Shown here: piece by piece, positions 61,195 through 64,000 of the stretch
How positions within the stretch are numbered: position 1 is the first letter of the stretch
Layout: each line of letters starts with the position of its first letter
From: Takakia lepidozioides
Taxonomy: Eukaryota > Plantae > Bryophyta
DNA: 64,000 nucleotides
Direction: 5' to 3'
Assembly (NCBI GenBank): GCA_030704615.1
Contig: CM060733.1
Span: forward strand, 50,282,001-50,346,000
Position numbers and translations under genes: made by a program
Notes under the pieces: generated by a model
Databases searched by the model: none
What the model was told of the DNA's origin: nothing
What the model saw: only the letters and a program-made list of their open reading frames with translations

Positions 61195-64000
61195 ATGACC
61201 AGTCCAACCAGCATAGATGCGCCTTATCATGGTAGGAATAGTGAGGATGTAAATGACTGGCTGGAGAGAATTCAGATGGAGGCAGATGTCAGGGATTTGA
61301 ATGAGGACAAGACTTTCAAGGTAGCAAGGCTCAACCTGAGAGCCAAGGCTGATGAATGGTACCGTAAACAAAACCCTAGACCAAACAACTGGGTGGACTT
61401 CAGGGCAGCAATTTCAGCCAAGTTTGGTATCGTTGACTTGGCAGAAATTAGGCTAAGAATGGATACCATTAAACAGGAGAGTAGACAAAGGGTTCAAACA
61501 TACTTCGATAGGTTGAACCGGTTATTTATAAGAAGTGGGGCGTCTGATTTGGAACAGAGACGTAGATTTGCAGCAGGTTTGAGACCAGAAATAGCAAGAG
61601 TAATGCTGGGCAGGCGCTTCCTTGATGTAGAGGAAGCACTTGACACAGCCATTGAGATTGAAAGGGGCCTGGGAAAGTTAGGGGAAATACCTCTAGAACC
61701 ATTGGAAGGAGATGATACAGATGAGTCAGTTGTGTTTGTCAACCCTGTGGACAGAAGACTTGATCAGCTGAACACTACCCTACAGAAGTACTTTGATAGG
61801 GGACCAGTCATAGGAGAAAGCTCGGGATCTAGAACACCACCTCGTGTTCGCCTTTGTAATGTTTGTCACAAAGAAGGTCACATAGCTGCATATTGTCCTG
61901 AAGGAAGAACCCCAGCTAAGTGTGACAAATGTCACCGGTTCGGGCATTCCACGGAAATGTGTGGTGTGAGATGCAACTTTTGCAAGCTACTCGGGCATAC
62001 GGAGAGTGAGTGCAGTAGAAAACTCGACCAAACTATGATGGGAACTCCGGGAACTAACTTTGTAGACGTGTTCTATGATGATGAGGATGATGTACTCGCA
62101 GAGATGACAGATCTGATGTCACGAAATAGTATCAATGAAGTCAGACTTCCAAGGACACGCATACCTGTCCAGAGTCCGATTGTTGAACCTACAGGGTCAC
62201 CAGAAAGGAATAGTGAGAGCAGTGAACAGCCAAGCAAGACCAAGAGTGAAATCTACCCAAAGAACAATTTCAAGAATGCTATAGAAGGAGGTACGAAATC
62301 CAGAATCTTGAACCACTTCTACAAAGGGAGAATATCGTTGTCGCCCATGGACCTGATCATGACTGTGCCCGGAGAGCTAGACAAATTGAAAGGGCTGGTC
62401 AAAGTGGTGGAAAGAGCAATGGTACAACAAAGGGAGACAACTCACAGTGTAGAAGTTGTGAAGGATGTACCAAGGCCTTTGTACTCAGCACACGCTGAGC
62501 CCACGATCTCGTATGCTTATACTGGTAAGGTTAAAGCGCTTCATGTAATGATTACAATGGGAGATTACCAAGTATTAGGCCAGATTGACACTGGTGCCAT
62601 GCTTTCTGTAATATCAGCTAGTACAGTCAGGGATCTGGGTTTGATGGGATCTGTCATTACTAGTAAGGATGTGAATTACAGAGTAGCCTCAGGTGCTCTT
62701 GAGACTGCAATGGGCAGACTTGAGGACATCAAGGTCAAAGTAGGAGAACTAACCAATCGTTTGTCCTTTATGGTGGTGAACACGGATACATATCACATGC
62801 TGCTAGGATTGGACTTTCTCAAAAAGTTTGGCGCTGTAGTGGACACCGAAGCTGAAACAATTCGCGTACGCTATGGGCCAGGAAAGGATTTTGCTCACTT
62901 CCCTTTGCACACCATCAATTATAATGAGCCTGCAGTTACCAAAACAGCCTACCATAGAGGGGTCGAGAGTAGAATGAGATATGCAAGCAGTACGTCAGCA
63001 GGTAATGTCCTAACCCTGACGTCAGATGAACAGTACCTAGGCTTGTGGGAGAAGAAAAGAAAACCAGAGGAAGAATATGAGGACACGGAGGAAGCATCCT
63101 CAGGTTCTGACACCTCTAAATCTGATAAAGATGAGGAGATGGGAGGCTCTGAGGAGAGTAAGGAGGTAGAAACAGCACTGAGGGATGTTGAGGAAATAAT
63201 AGACGATGTCAACCTAGGGGAGGACTTGTTCGAGGACCAAGGGATGTCTGAACTCCTTCAGGAAGAGACCCATAAGAGCATGGCTGCTGCCATAATACAG
63301 GAAGCTTATCAGAAAGCTTGGAATGGTGAACTAGGGAACAACAACCTAGAAATAGAGGATGACTTCCATGATTGGAATCAGGTTGTCACACAAGAGGAAC
63401 GACAGAGAATGGCTAACTCTGTAAGCCAGGTGGAGGGAAAGAATTGGGAACCCAGTCAAGAGGAAGAAATGGAGAGTCGTTGGAGAAGTCTGAAATCCAG
63501 ACTGCACATCAACCCAGAACTGGCCCCAGAACATAGGATAGAGCTTGAGCAAGAGCTGAAAGCAAACCAGGAATGCTTTGCTCTTAGCAAGGCTGACTTG
63601 GGATACTGCAGTGAGGTAGAACACACAATTGACACACAAGGTTTTCCCCCTTGCAGAAGTCGTCCCAGCCGCCTATCAGAATGGGAGGAAGACGAGGTCC
63701 AAGGACAAATTGAGACTTTGATCTCACAAGGCAAGATGAGAGAGAGTAGTTCAGAATGGTCGTGTCCAGTTACCCTTCCACCAAAAAAGGATGGATCCAA
63801 GCGGTTTTGTGGTGATTTTAGGCCAGTAAACCGTTTGACCAGAAGGGACTCTTACCCTATGCCATTAATTCAGGATGTTTTAAACCAGTTGGGGAAAGCC
63901 AAGTGGTTTTCTGCGCTGGATTTACAATCTGGTTTTTGGCAGATCAAAATGGACGACCGAGACATAGGCAAAACAGCGGTGATCACAAAGAAGGGATTGT
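61195..64000 (+). CDS. Uninterrupted Ty3/Gypsy gag-pol (gag, 3 CCHC, protease, start of RT); runs off the window
   Basis: Hand translation from ATG 61195 gives 935 codons without a stop: VNDWLER...ADEWY; three CX2CX4HX4C; QIDTGA; KKDGSKRFCGDFRPVN; ALDLQSGFWQ. Confidence 0.93.
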   Translation, partial: MTSPTSIDAPYHGRNSEDVNDWLERIQMEADVRDLNEDKTFKVARLNLRAKADEWYRKQNPRPNNWVDFRAAISAKFGIVDLAEIRLRMDTIKQESRQRVQTYFDRLNRLFIRSGASDLEQRRRFAAGLRPEIARVMLGRRFLDVEEALDTAIEIERGLGKLGEIPLEPLEGDDTDESVVFVNPVDRRLDQLNTTLQKYFDRGPVIGESSGSRTPPRVRLCNVCHKEGHIAAYCPEGRTPAKCDKCHRFGHSTEMCGVRCNFCKLLGHTESECSRKLDQTMMGTPGTNFVDVFYDDEDDVLAEMTDLMSRNSINEVRLPRTRIPVQSPIVEPTGSPERNSESSEQPSKTKSEIYPKNNFKNAIEGGTKSRILNHFYKGRISLSPMDLIMTVPGELDKLKGLVKVVERAMVQQRETTHSVEVVKDVPRPLYSAHAEPTISYAYTGKVKALHVMITMGDYQVLGQIDTGAMLSVISASTVRDLGLMGSVITSKDVNYRVASGALETAMGRLEDIKVKVGELTNRLSFMVVNTDTYHMLLGLDFLKKFGAVVDTEAETIRVRYGPGKDFAHFPLHTINYNEPAVTKTAYHRGVESRMRYASSTSAGNVLTLTSDEQYLGLWEKKRKPEEEYEDTEEASSGSDTSKSDKDEEMGGSEESKEVETALRDVEEIIDDVNLGEDLFEDQGMSELLQEETHKSMAAAIIQEAYQKAWNGELGNNNLEIEDDFHDWNQVVTQEERQRMANSVSQVEGKNWEPSQEEEMESRWRSLKSRLHINPELAPEHRIELEQELKANQECFALSKADLGYCSEVEHTIDTQGFPPCRSRPSRLSEWEEDEVQGQIETLISQGKMRESSSEWSCPVTLPPKKDGSKRFCGDFRPVNRLTRRDSYPMPLIQDVLNQLGKAKWFSALDLQSGFWQIKMDDRDIGKTAVITKKGL

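Overview
A eukaryotic, transposon-dense window that looks like a land plant, most plausibly a seed-free one (GT-AG introns, an LRR receptor gene, PLS-type PPR and ABCG fragments). The species cannot be determined from the sequence. In order: (1) the 5' part of an LRR receptor gene built from duplicated phase-1 exons of 72n bp; (2) a dead hAT transposase with a nested MITE; (3) a ~14-kb degraded DNA-transposon-like region with a ParB-like domain, an N6/N4-methyltransferase-like domain, two FCP1/NIF-like domains, a transposase fragment and 11 dispersed copies of a 24-bp palindrome; (4) a degraded Ty3/Gypsy element whose polyprotein carries a DNMT3-like cytosine methyltransferase between protease and RT and a PHD finger after integrase, apparently split by a 5.9-kb inversion; (5) a full-length 13.15-kb Gypsy element with extra ORFs; (6) PPR, DYW and ABCG pseudogene fragments; (7) a CACTA-ended segment with two head-to-head paralogous orphan ORFs; (8) a Gypsy gag-pol with no stops that runs off the right edge. 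All domain calls were made by eye from motifs; no searches were run.
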